Source: Octopus sinensis
Taxonomy: Eukaryota
Reading direction: 5' to 3'
DNA: 64,000 nt
Assembly: GCF_006345805.1 (NCBI RefSeq)
Contig: NC_042999.1
Location: 98,642,001 to 98,706,000 of the forward strand
The notes beneath the pieces are model-generated. The model ran no database searches and was not told the origin of the DNA. It saw only the letters and a list, made by a program, of their open reading frames with translations. A program made the translations under genes and the position numbers. Each line of letters opens with the position of its first letter. Position 1 is the stretch's first letter. Below are positions 39,481 to 51,912 of the stretch, piece by piece.

Positions 39481-40649
39481 TAGGGAGAGTTTACGAAAAA
39501 ATACAAAAGACGAAGACAGGTGGTGTACAAAACAAACAAATGTATTAGTATAACGCTCAGGAATAGAAAAAGTCTTTTACTTTTCGAGCCTACACTCTTC
39601 TACAGAAAGAGACACAGAAAAAACAAAGAGAGAAAAAAATGTGTGTAGTGGCTAACGATCTAAAATGGCGACTGATATATATATATATATATATATATGT
39701 ATTTATCTATGTATGTATCTATCAGTGTTACTTTGTATTTGTGTTTGTCCCACACCACCGTTTGATAACTGGTGTTTATTTGTTTATGTCTCCATAACTT
39801 CAGCAAAAGAAATCAATAGAATAAGAAACAGGATTTTAAAAAATAAGCTAAAATACAAATAAATAAAGATTATTGAGACTTGGTTACAGTCCATTTTCTT
39901 CAGTTACACTACTAATTACCTTTTCGTTTCCCAACCACATGATTCTGAGGTCAGTTCCACTGTGTGGTACCTTAGGTAGGTATCTTCTACAATAGCCACA
40001 GGCTACAAATGAATGCCTGAAGCAAGAAAAAGATGAAAGATAAAGACCCTAAATCTCTTTCATGTCTATATGAATCAGAATCTTTTCATCTGCCTCTAAA
40101 ACAAATAGAACCTTTCTGAATCAAAAGGAAACCGTTAAACCAGTTATTGTGTGGACGGGTTCGTATTTCGGGTATTGGTATGAATCCTTGGAAGCAGTAG
40201 TATAAAGTAAAAAGACATCCTGTAAACAAATCAAATCTTGTAATAAATCTTCGCAGAAGTATATATCTAAACTCCTTTTTAGCTAGGAAGCTGGAACAAT
40301 CTTTGGCCCATCTTGCATGCACAGGATTTTGAGAGAAATACACATGCAAAGATGTGTTGAAGAAATTACCATGTTTAACAAAAGACACAACAGAATATGC
40401 TTCAACACACGAACTCATATAAAGAATCTTGCAAACCAAATCCAAAAACGAAATATTTTGACAGGTGTATTTTTAAAAATGTAATCCAGCTTTTGTGACC
40501 AGCTTTTATTTTTCTTATGTGCAAGGAACTCAGTACTACATTAAACAATATGTCTGTTTCTATGATGGTATGGTGCAATTTGAAGGCGATTTGGTGCTCT
40601 CTCTCTTTTGGAGAGGCACAAGCACCTACACGTACATATACACACACAG

Positions 40650-40790
40650 CAGTAACTTCTGCCTGCCAAATTCAATCACAAAGCTTCAGTCGGCTCGGGG
40701 CTATAGTGGAAGACACCTACCCAAAGTGCCACGCAGTAGGACTGAACCTGAAACCATGTAGCTAGGAAGCAAGCTCCCTAACCACACATA
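40650..40790 (-). mobile_element. SINE family B 5' part
   Basis: ctatagtggaagacacctacccaaagtgccacgcagtaggactgaacc is the reverse complement of the head/CORE region. Confidence 0.75.
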
Positions 40791-41336
40791 GATATTTATG
40801 TAGTCAAATGGAATAAACGAACATTAAAAATAACACTAAAAAACAAGAGAATGTGCACATAAAATGTATTAGTTTGACACTCAGTAAAAAGAGAGAGATT
40901 TTGATGTTTCAAGCATAATTCTTCGTTGGGAAGGAAAATGGATAAGTCCAAAGAAGGAGAGAAAAATCATCAAACAGCATGTGTGTACTTACATTGCTGA
41001 AGTGACTGGAAGTGGAAAGAATAGAGAAAGTGTTTTTGGGGGGGACAAGAAAGTGTAAAGATGGCCAGTGTGTGTGTGTGTTTTAGTAGTAGTAGTAGTA
41101 GTAGGAGGAGGAGGAGTATTTGTGTTAGTGTGTGTTTGTGTTTAGGTAAGTGATGTATGTATAATGGTGTGAGTCAATGAGCAGTTTGATTCAGTCAAGA
41201 GAGGTGAGAAGTGGGTGAGTGTGGATGTATGTGTTTGCATGTGTGCATATGATGGAGTGGGAATGTGTCTGTGTATGTGCATATGAATGTGTGTGAGGTC
41301 CTGTGTGTGGACATGTGAGTGTATGTGTATGCCTGA

Positions 41337-41382
<46 letters not shown>

Positions 41383-41769
41383 TTGGGGCAGGGGCAAGGT
41401 GATATGTATGTATGTTGACAGGGAAGGAATTCCAACCACGTTTTGTGGTTTGCTACCTCTATAGGATCAGAGCTGTTGAGGTAGTGAACTACAAAATGTG
41501 GTTGGAATTACTTCCCTGTTTCAAGATTTACCTTTGTCAAACATTGTACAGAATATTTTATATGAGAGCAAGTAGAAGAGAGTAAGAGCACATCTCAAGG
41601 AACAAAGCAACAGAGTTCCAAGTAGCGTCTTAGGTTGCTTTGCTAAATGGCTCATGTCACTAACTCTTTATAAACAGGTAAAACTTCTTGAAGCTTCAGA
41701 AATACAATTGCATGGGAATTCTTGTATGACTTTTCTTTAATGTCACTACTGTTAGTTACCATGAAATTA

Positions 41770-41910
41770 AGGTGGTGAGCTAGCAGAGTCATTAGCATAC
41801 CAGGCAAAATGCTTAGTGGTATTTTATCTGTCTTTCCATTCTGAGTTCAAATTCTGCAAAGGTTGACTTTTCCTTTTGGGGCTGATAGAATAAGTTGAAC
41901 ACCAGAGTTA
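41770..41910 (+). mobile_element. SINE family A copy, partial
   Basis: aggtggtgagctagcagagtcattagc...ttctgagttcaaattctgcaaaggttgacttt. Confidence 0.75.
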
Positions 41911-43344
41911 ATGGTTATTGTATGATAAAATCGATGTGGGTGTACATGTCTTTTATGGCAAGATAATTAGGTTAAAGGTGTTGGTCATGCCTAATACTAT
42001 AATTTGACTGCAGTTTTTAATTGGAAGTCTCAGTGAGGTGGTTCTAACTGAGACAAAGAGCTGCTGCAAAACAAATAAAAGCAATGTTTAAATATTTAAA
42101 ACAATGGGGTGGCTATGGCTGGAATGACTTATGAACTGTCAATAGGGTTGACTTGAGGTTATAAGACAACATCAACAGCAACAATAATAGTTTCTAACAT
42201 AAGTACAAGGTTTGAAATTTGATAAGAGAAGTTAGTTAATTAGATCAACCTGAGTATTTTGCTGATATTTCATTTCCTTGATCCCAGAAAATTTGAAGGT
42301 AAAGTTGACTTTTGTTAGATTTGAACTGTAAACATAAAGAGATGGAACAAATACTACAAAACGTTTTATCTGATATTCCATCATTTCTGGCCATCGATTA
42401 ACAACAAAGAAGCTAGAACTAAAATCAAATCAGTTGATGTTAAAAGTGTTTCATTTTTCATTTCTTTTTATTGAGTAAGCATTATATGGTGCTAAAATCA
42501 AATGGGTTTACCTTAAAACCATGGAGCATTGGAAAGGTAAAAGCACTTTCACAGACAACTTTAGCAATAAAACAATAACTTGACACTTTTAAAGAATGAT
42601 CCAGAAGGGATCATCACCACCACTACAACCACCGTCATCATGTGCCTTGGCATGGTTTCTGTGACTGAATGCCCTTCCTAAACAACATATGAATAGATAT
42701 ATAGTTGAAATGACAAGCAAAAACCTCTGAAATAGAGCATTGTAGATCTTACTGACCCCAGCACACTGATGAATTTTCATTGAGTTATGGCTACAGAGCA
42801 AGGAGCAAACCTGGTCAGATTGTATGTGTTGTTGCTATTGTTTTTGTATTGCCCCAAGTCAACTCTAGTTGATTAGATCTATGATCATCATAAACATTCC
42901 AGCCATAAGTGACCCATCAATTTTATGCATAATGTAATGTAAAACTACACCAACTGATTTATTCTTTTTTTTCCTTCAAAGTCAATGAAGTGTCAAATGA
43001 AAGATATTTAGTTGCTATTTCTAACAGGCAAATAACCATGTAAAAAGAGAATAGGAGAATAGTAGAATAGATGATGAGTCATTGGAAAGTTTATTCCTTG
43101 GCTTGGTTTTTATTTTTACAGCATCTCCATCTCTAACAGTAGTTGGATGAGAGATGAATGTTACAGAATCCAGGTCTGGGTAAGAGCTGATACAGAGTAA
43201 AGGGGAGACTTTAGTCATGTTGCAGATTAACATCTCTTGTGGCAGTGGCACAATAAAAGGCACTAGGTTTATGCTGTAAGGTGGGGTGGGGGAGCTGTTC
43301 TAAACCTTTCCAACTCTTGCAAGCCTGAAAAAACCGCCAAAAAA

Positions 43345-43867
43345 ATGATGATGATAATAATGATAGTGATGATGATGTCAATGAGGATGGTGGCGATGAT
43401 GATGGTGATGGTTGTTGCAGTGGTGGTAGTGGTGATGATGGTGATAGTGATGATTATGATTGATGATGATGATAATGACGATGACGATGACATTATGTTA
43501 CCAATCTCCAGGGGAATGACAGGCAAATTTGACCTAGCAAGAATTTGGAATCAAAACAAATGAATTAAATAATGAATCTAAGATGAGACAGAAATTTCTT
43601 ATAGAAGAGGTATAGTTGATCCAAAGAAATACTCAATATGTGGATGGGAGGCAGTTATTTTGTTGACTGGAGTAAAATGGAAAACAAAGATGAAGAAAAA
43701 GGAGAGAGATAAGGAGAAAGAGAGAGAGCACACGAAGAGACAAATAAAGAGAAAGAAAGAAAGAAGCTGAAGCTATGAAAGAAGAAAGAGTAGAATGGTG
43801 AAAGGAAGAAAAAGAAGAAGGGAGTGGCAAAAGAAGAATAGAAAGAATAAAGGGTGGTATCGAGAGG

Positions 43868-43901
<34 letters not shown>

Positions 43902-43970
43902 AAGAAGAAGAACAACAACAACAACAACAGCAACAGCAGCAGCAGCAGCAGCAGCAGCAATAACAACAAC
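43345..43970. repeat. Trinucleotide low-complexity tracts (GAT/GGT)n and compound (AAG)n(AAC)n(CAG)n
   Basis: Directly visible at 43345-43490 and 43872-43970. Confidence 0.9.
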
Positions 43971-45161
43971 TGCTCTAATATAGCCAATCATGTCTGAAAG
44001 AAGACCAAAACATTGGCACTGATTTCTCGCAGACTTCTTGTGGGATGATAGGTTGGCTTTTATTTGGACTTTATATTAGAACTATATGAGAACTGTTAGA
44101 GAAAAAGAGGGAGAGAGGGAGAGAAAGAGAGTGAGAGAGAAAGAGAATCATGTCATGGTTACTAATTAATGGATATATATGTTTGTATGTGTGTGTATGT
44201 ATGTGTATATATATATGTATATATACATGTGATTTTTATGGGGCATATATTTGCATGTATTTATTTCCAGTACTCTTTTTTTCTCTTTGTCTCCTCTATC
44301 TCTGACTGTCAGTCTGTCTCTGTATATTGTACATAAATACACACACACACACACACACACACACATGATATGCACACATACATCAGCTTGCTCTCTGATT
44401 AACAGAAAATCCAATGATAGAATTTCTTTGGTTTTTATATTTTTGTTTGTAAAATGAGGTGATGGTCAAGCATGACTTCACAGCTAATGTTATAGTGCTT
44501 ATGTCACACATGGTGGGTGGACAGTGTCAGAGACAAGATATATTGATTCCAGACACATTTGTAACACATCGTATTTTGTGTACTTGTAACACAGCCCATT
44601 CATTTGGATATATTATATTCTTCTAGTCTAAGAATAAATAGACAAATAAATAAATAAATATATAAATAAATAAATAAACATAAAATTCATGGAATGAAAT
44701 AAAAGATGGAAAATAAAGATACAATGTAAATATGTAAAATTATAATATGATATTACTTCTGTCATAGATGTGACATGTCTAATTTTATTTTCAAATAGAG
44801 AAGTCTTCTGATGTCAAACTAGCAATCTAGTAAAGAAAACTGAATTTATCTGTAATATCTACAGTGTTGCCTCATAATATTGATTAATCATAGGAAATTA
44901 AAGGTTTAAGAAATATATATAAAAAAAGGCAAAAGAAAAATAGAAAGAGAAATGGTAATTCTTCCTAATTTTGGCATAAACCCAGTAATTTTAAGGGGAA
45001 GTGTGATAAGTTGATTACATTCAAACTTATTTTATCAATTGCAGAAGGATGTAAGGCAAAACTAACTTTTGCAGATTTTGAACTCGGAATGTAGTGAGTC
45101 AGAAAAAATACTGTAAAGAAATTTTCTCCAATTCTTTGACCCTTTAGCATACAGAATATTG

Positions 45162-45350
45162 CCAGCCACTAAGGGACATTCTCAAATGGTTATGGTCAAG
45201 CAACTGACAAGCAAATCTGTGGTATTGAGCAGAACATTTTCTGTAGCCCGTCTTTTGTACCAAGACAAAACAATGTACATGATAATACTTCCAATCAGTT
45301 AAGATCAGAAGTCATGGGAGCAAGTACCTGGTACTCCATTAAGGCATTTA
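45162..45350 (+). mobile_element. Partial copy of an (ATT)n-associated interspersed repeat
   Basis: Closely similar to 55995-56167; ends in (ATT)n. Confidence 0.75.
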
Positions 45351-46295
45351 TTATTATTATTATTATTATTATGATGATGATGATGATGAACAACAAAATA
45401 ATAATGATGAAGAAATCAACATTAACAACAATCAATGGAATCACAAGCAATATTTTGCATTTAGTTGGATGGCTTTAGTTAATCAAATTAAAATACTCCA
45501 CATAAGTGTTAAAGCAATGAACTGTGGGATAATGATGCAAAAACGAAAAAAACAAAAAACAAAATGTAGTCTTACATGGTTCTTTCTGCTACTGTGAGTG
45601 CTGCTGTTGCTGCTACTGTTTTAATTTTTTTTTATCTTCCTCTGTTTGCAGAATAATTAAGTGAAATATCTTTTTCATTGTTTTTACCTCTTACTATAGT
45701 GATTTATGATTTGTTGGTTGTTGTTGTTGTTGTCATTGTTGTTTAGTTCCAAGTCAGCTCTGATTGAGCAGATCTATGTGTAAAAGAATTCCAGCTATAA
45801 TCATCATGCCTTGTTCCTCTCTGCAGGGTATTGCAAACCACATTATCTAATGTCTACATTTCAATGTGTACAAGATGGCAGTGTGTGGTTTGAGGGAAAT
45901 ATTGATATTATTTCTAGTCAGTCAAGCAACCACTTACAAGCTCCTTCATTGAATTGTGATAAGAAGTTGGCTGGCTGAAATAATAAGGCATCATATAAGG
46001 CACATATATTTCTTAGTTTTAGTTCAAGGGGATGAGCTGAGTGAATCATAAGTGCATTGGACAAAATACTCAGCAGTATTTCTTCTGACTCCTTACATTC
46101 TGAGCTCAAATCCCATTAAAGTCAATTTTGCTTTTCATCCTCTTAGAATCAAGAGAATTCAAAGCAAAGTTAGAAAGAATATTTCTTAGTTTTGGTGAAA
46201 AGAGAAGAAGGAATAAAATAAGGAAAGAAATTAAGAGAAAAATAACCTGAAGTTTCCTTCCTCCTCTTTAAGCAGGGAATAAACAAAGTCATTAA

Positions 46296-46520
46296 CCCTT
46301 TCTTTCATTACTGTATTTATTTTGAGATGCTCTGTTTTTCTTTCAATTATTTTTGATATAACAAAGAATTTAGTAAAATGACTTAGTTATCATTAAGCTA
46401 GTGTTAGGAACATAAATTGTGACTAATGTTTGGCAGAAGATTTTAATTCAGAACTTTTGAAAACAAGACATTTGTGCTACAGAGTCAGAGCTGGTTTCAG
46501 CTGGGTTGGTAACAAAAGGG
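46296..46520. mobile_element. piggyBac-like (TTAA) MITE
   Basis: ttaa-CCCTTT ... AAAGGG-ccaa termini; second copy near 27226. Confidence 0.6.
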
Positions 46521-46934
46521 CCAATGAACTGGATAAATACCATGCAGTATTTGCAGCTTGCTGCACCCTGATTTAAAATATCACAGAAGTCAGCTTTGTC
46601 TTTCATCTTTTTGGCTTCGATTAAATAAAGAACCAACTCTTTGTGGTGGATTGGTGGAGTTGTGTGAGCTTCATGTGAGATGTCTTATGGTACTTATTCT
46701 GACTTTCAGTGTCCCTCTGTTTTGAATGGTAGACTTTATCAATAATTCTGTTTGACATCATCATCTGACACCCTGGATGTCCTTTAGTGAAGTTCAAGAA
46801 TTCAACCAGGTCTCTAATTTTAGGATATCCTCATCCTTCAATCCCTCCACTCTTGGAGGTCCTGAAAAAAGTTTTAAAGGATCATGGAAGTTATAATTCC
46901 CTCTTTGACTATGCAATTGAAAAGAAGACTAAGT

Positions 46935-47390
46935 GCGGGTATGACTGTGTGGTTAAGAAATTCACTTCCCAACCACTTGGTTTCAGATTCAGTCCTAGTA
47001 CTTGGCATCTTGGACAAAGTGTCTTCTAATATAGTCGAAGGATAATCAAAACTTTTTGAGTGAATTTGGTTGACAGACACTTTTAAAGAAGCCTATTGTG
47101 TGAGTGTGTGTGTGTGTGTGTGCGTGCGTGTGTGCGTGCATGTTTGTAGCTCCTTGTCTTGACATCAGAGAATGGTTATAAATGAGTGTCACTACCATAC
47201 AAGTGCTATCTCTTATTTCCAGTCTTCTTCAAAAATATGTCCAATCATGGGGAATTATTGCCTTGCTTGGAAGGCTGTACGCCCTTCCTGTTGCCAGCAG
47301 GAAAATCTGCCTCAACAAATTCTGTCTGATCCATGCAAGCATAGAAAATGGACATTAAAATGATGATGATGATGAAGATGATGATGTTGT
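46935..47390 (+). mobile_element. SINE with family B head/CORE region and an RTE-type 3' tail ending (GAT)n
   Basis: Head aligns to 13536-13700; 3' end ccatgcaagcatagaaaatggacattaaaatgatgatgat resembles the RTE tail at 25155-25205 and 53020-53055. Confidence 0.65.
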
Positions 47391-47637
47391 GGATGATGAT
47401 GTAAATATGGTTTTGATGTTCAGCTTCAAGTTATGTGGATTGATGTAAATAAGATAATGCAGGGATATAGGTGGGAAGTGTTTCAAGTGGTTACAATTCA
47501 TAGAGAGAAAGGTTGAAAGAAAATAATTAATTCAGAGCATTATTAGGGAGTGATTGGTATAATGCATGAATTAGTGTATTGGTGCCAGATTTAGATCTGG
47601 TGAGATCTTTAGTCATAAAATGCTTGAAGGCCTTGTG

Positions 47638-48167
47638 TTGAAACATAAAAACCAGAAAGTCTCACAAAAACAGGAATTACTTTTGTCTTTGTCATCATTG
47701 TCATCTTCCTTATCATAGTCAGCATCAGCATCATCATCATTGTTATCGTTATCAATATCATCATCATCACCAATTTAACATCCACTTGAAACATAAAACC
47801 AGAAAGTTTCACAAAAACAGGAATTACTTTTGTCTTTGTCATCATTGTCATCTTCCTTATCATAGTCAGCATCAGCATCATCATCATTGTTATCGTTATC
47901 AATATCATCATCATCACCAATTTAACATCCACTTGAAACATAAAACCAGAAAGTTTCACAAAAACAGGAATTACTTTTGTCTTTGTCATCATTGTCATCT
48001 TCCTTATCATAGTCAGCATCAGCATCATCATCATTGTTATCGTTATCAATACCATCATCATCATTGTCGTCGTCATCGTCATCATCATCACCAATTTAAC
48101 ATCCACTTGAAACATAAAACCAGAAAGTTTCACAAAAACAGGAATTACCCTCTTCATTGTTGTCATT
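47638..48167. repeat. Tandem repeat, ~147-bp unit, 3 full copies and one partial
   Basis: Units start at 47638, 47786, 47933 and 48107 (148, 147 and 174 bp) and are almost identical. Confidence 0.95.
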
Positions 48168-48718
48168 GTCAGACTTTCTCTTAGTCATAAATCCTTTTAA
48201 ATAGTAGCTTCTAATATCTCTGACTTCTACGCTTTAGAACTCACTACCATCATTTTGTTTTCCTCTGCTCTATGATATTCATTCAACAACTTCTGAATTT
48301 GCAGTCTCCTTTTTTTCTTCTTTGTAGTCCCTTACACTAGTATGGCCTCAAGCTTTGTTTGACAGAAAATCACGTATAAAAAAAAAAACCACTCCAAAAC
48401 GTTTTCCATGTAGTATCTCAAAATATAATAGACTTTAAAAAAAATTCATCTGAATCTTCTTTTCTCTGTATCTCCTTCATTTAAACTTACCAATGACATT
48501 TCTCTTTTTACATCACAATATTTATGCTTTTTTGTTTTTTCATTCACTTAGCTTCAATTCTAAACAATTTTCTAATCTACGGTCCTTAAAATTTGTTCTG
48601 TTTGTATCACCTCTCTACACATATTCAAATTTAATACTTTTCTTTCAGCCATTTTTTCCCTGTGTCGATGGTCCAAATGTTTGTTGGAGCAAATAATTTT
48701 AGAACCTGCTTTATTTTA

Positions 48719-49995
48719 TAGGGTTGGCCAAAAATTCCAATTGGCCAAAGTCATTAGAAGTCCAAAAGTCAACACTTAACTTTAAGCTGTCTAATAAGTA
48801 ACTAACTATAGTCTGTCTCTTGCACATATGCACTTGTTGAATACTTGACAATATAGTTAAATGGGAACTTGCAATAAGACAGATTGTACTTTGTGCCCTT
48901 GGGTTCACCTTGAAAATGGAGAACCAAAATTAATATCATTAACACCTCATGCTTTTTTTTTATTTTAAAAAGGATAAGAAAGCAGTAGAAAGCTGGAGAA
49001 ATATATATGCTATGTACAGAGAGAATGCTATTATGGAAGGTTGTGCCAGGAGTGGTTTCCATTGTTTTGATTGAGAAATTTTTTGGTTTAAGATGTTCTT
49101 CAATCTGGTTGGTCAACTGAGATCAACAGTGGTGACAAAACGAAGGAGTTAATCAACATTAATCCCCATTATACAACCAAGATGATAGCAGATATTCTCC
49201 AAATATACAAATGGAAGGTTGAAAACCACCTGCATCAACATGATTATGTTGATAGGCTCAGTGTTTGGGTCCCACATCAATTGAATGAGGTTAATCTCAC
49301 TCTATGATTTCCATCAATGACTTGCTGCAGAAATGGGAAGAAAATATCCATTTTTTGAAGAATATGGTGGCTGGAGGCAAAAAAAAGTGTGAAGCACAGT
49401 GAATAAGAGGGAAATGTGGTGAACTACCACAAACAACTTCCAAAGTAGGACTTCACTCTAAAAAGATTATACTTTCAATTTGGTTGGATTGGAAGGGTAT
49501 TGTCCATTTATGAACTTCTTTTCAGGACAGAACCATCAATTTGGATGAGTACTGTAACCAGCTGGACAAATTAAATGCAGTGATCCACCAGAAGTGCCCA
49601 ACACTTGCTAATCATAAGGGCAACAATGTCAAACTGCACACTCCTTTGCAGTTGTGGAAGAAGTTACTGGGGCTTGGCTGGGAAGATTTGCCACACCTTC
49701 CATATTCACCTGACCTTGCACCTTTAGATTCTCACCTATTTTGATCTCTTCAAAGTTCATTGAATAGAATGACATTCTACTCTGAAGAGGATGTAAAAAT
49801 TCCCCTAGAAGAGTTTTTCACCAATAAAGATAGGAAATTCTCTGAGCAGGTAATAAAAGATTTACCCACAGATGACAGAAGAAACTGAAACAAAACAGGA
49901 ACTGTACCATTGATTGAATAAATTGCTTTGTGTTTAAAATGTGTTTCTTATTTTCACTTAAAAAAGACTATACAAACCTCTTTATGGTCAACCCA
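48719..49995 (+). mobile_element. mariner transposon, near full length, decayed
   Basis: Ends gggttggccaaaaa / tttatggtcaaccc; transposase motifs WVPHQL (~49267) and YSPDLAPLDSHLF (~49703); many stops and frameshifts. Confidence 0.88.
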
Positions 49996-51043
49996 TGCAG
50001 TGTCAGGTGCATTGCTCAGGTGCACAATACAATGTCTTTAGTAAGACCTGAAGATTTGAGCTCAGGTTTGTAGTCTAGCATCTCATTTTTGTAGCCATCC
50101 ATCTTCATTTATATGAAGTATCTCATGTTTCCACAAGATTATTAAACATTAAAAAAACATATGATAATAATACAGCGAATACTACTTCAGCAAACTGATG
50201 ATTCAGTGAACCAAAATAGCTTGGTGTTTTATCCTACTGCCCTACAATTTAAAAATATATCAATATCTTCTCCTCCAGTTAACACACAGAGCAACAAATA
50301 CACTAAATTCAGCTGACCAACTTTGACCGGCCTTATGTTCAAGCTTTTGAAATGTTCTGTTTGCTAAGACTCACTGATACTAATCAACTATGAAGCCAAT
50401 TTGAAAAGTAAATATTATTTTCTAAATCTAATTCACTAATTCCAATAGAGCATGGAAGATTATTGATTGATCTACATTGCTGATTAAGCTGATGGTCTGT
50501 TACTTAGCAAATATATTTTATCTATGTGAGTACATTATGAAGAGTATGTATAGTGTGTGTGTGTGGAGGGAGTGTACTTTAGAATTGTATGCATTGCTAT
50601 GATTAGCGTTTTAATACTAAATTGATGGAAGTATCATATTTCTTGTGTTACGTTCAAATCATTTTTGCTATGCTAACTTAGAAACTGAAGTAAAGTATAT
50701 CTCCAGTAGTTATAAAATCATGTTACTGGGTTATGTACATAAATTAACAGGTGATTAAGTAAAAGTAGATTTCACTCCAAGAGCACAACATAATTCGAGA
50801 ACTTTTTCTACGGTTGCTGATAAAGTAGCAACAAACATTTTCCCTTCAACAAGCTACTCATGTTGCTTCCAGTTAAGCATACTCTGATGCAGATGATACA
50901 AACCTTCATTCTAATAACTTTCACATACCATCACCATCCACATGAAGCTTTGATATCTTATGTTTGACATACTGTTTCAATAAACCAGGACTTTTGAAAT
51001 AATCTTCCAATGAGGGTATGATATCCTGTTTCCTTCAATACTA

Positions 51044-51238
51044 GGTGCAGGAGTGGCTGTGTGGTAAGTAGCTTGTTTACCAACCACATGGTTCCGGGTT
51101 CAGTCCCATTGCGTGGCACCTTGGGCAAGTGTCTCCTACTATAGCCTCAGGCCGACCAAAGCTTTGTGAGTGGATTTGGTAGATGGAAACTGAAAGAAGC
51201 CCGTCGTATATATGTATATATATGTGTGTGTGTGTGTG
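51044..51238 (+). mobile_element. SINE family B, cut off at its internal microsatellite
   Basis: ggtgcaggagtggctgtgtggtaagtagc...gaaagaagcccgtcg followed by (TA/TG)n. Confidence 0.85.
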
Positions 51239-51912
51239 GGTCTTCTAGGTAATGGAAGCTATCAACTTTCAGGTGTGGAAGCAAGGATTAGAATCGAAGG
51301 GCCTTAGAGTCAACCTAGCTAAACCAAAGTCTTAATAAGTAGGAAGAAAGACAAACCACAAATCTCTTCAGGTAGATGGCTCAGCTCAATCTGTAGAAAA
51401 GGCGTCAGTAGAAACTCCATAAGATGTACTCAGTGTAAGCTGTGGACACATAAGAGGTGCAGCAATATTAAAGGGAGGTTAACTGGGAATATAGTTTTTA
51501 TATGTAGTAAATGCTCAGGAGCAATAAACACTGAAAATGTGCAGAGTACAGCTTCTGTTACAAGTAGTTGTAGTTTTTCTCCCTAGAATGTAACAGAAGC
51601 TGTACTCTGCACATTTTCAGTGTTTATTGCTCCTGAGCATTTACTACATATAAAAACTATATTCCCAGTTAGCCTCCCTTTAATATTGCTGCACCTCTTA
51701 TGTGTCCACAGCTTACACTGAGTACATCTTATGGAGTTTCTACTGACGCCTTTTCTACAGATTGAGCTGAGCCATCTACCTGAAGAGATTTGTGGTTTGT
51801 CTTTCTTCCTACTTATTAAGACTTTGGTTTAGCTAGGTTGACTCTAAGGCCCTTCGATTCTAATCCTTGCTTCCACACCTGAAAGTTGATAGCTTCCATT
51901 ACCTAGAAGACC
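51239..51912. repeat. Near-perfect long inverted repeat: 324-bp arms, 26-bp spacer
   Basis: 51239-51562 is the reverse complement of 51589-51912; one mismatch seen (gaggttaac vs gttagcctc). Confidence 0.95.

Noticed and set aside
40086-40445. 119-aa minus-strand ORF or possible processed-gene fragment
   Set aside because: No recognisable motif in the frames I read.
43269-43991. Poly-amino-acid ORFs (poly-L/F/R/T/A; also the poly-S/P and poly-M ORFs at 56087-56370)
   Set aside because: Products of trinucleotide microsatellites.
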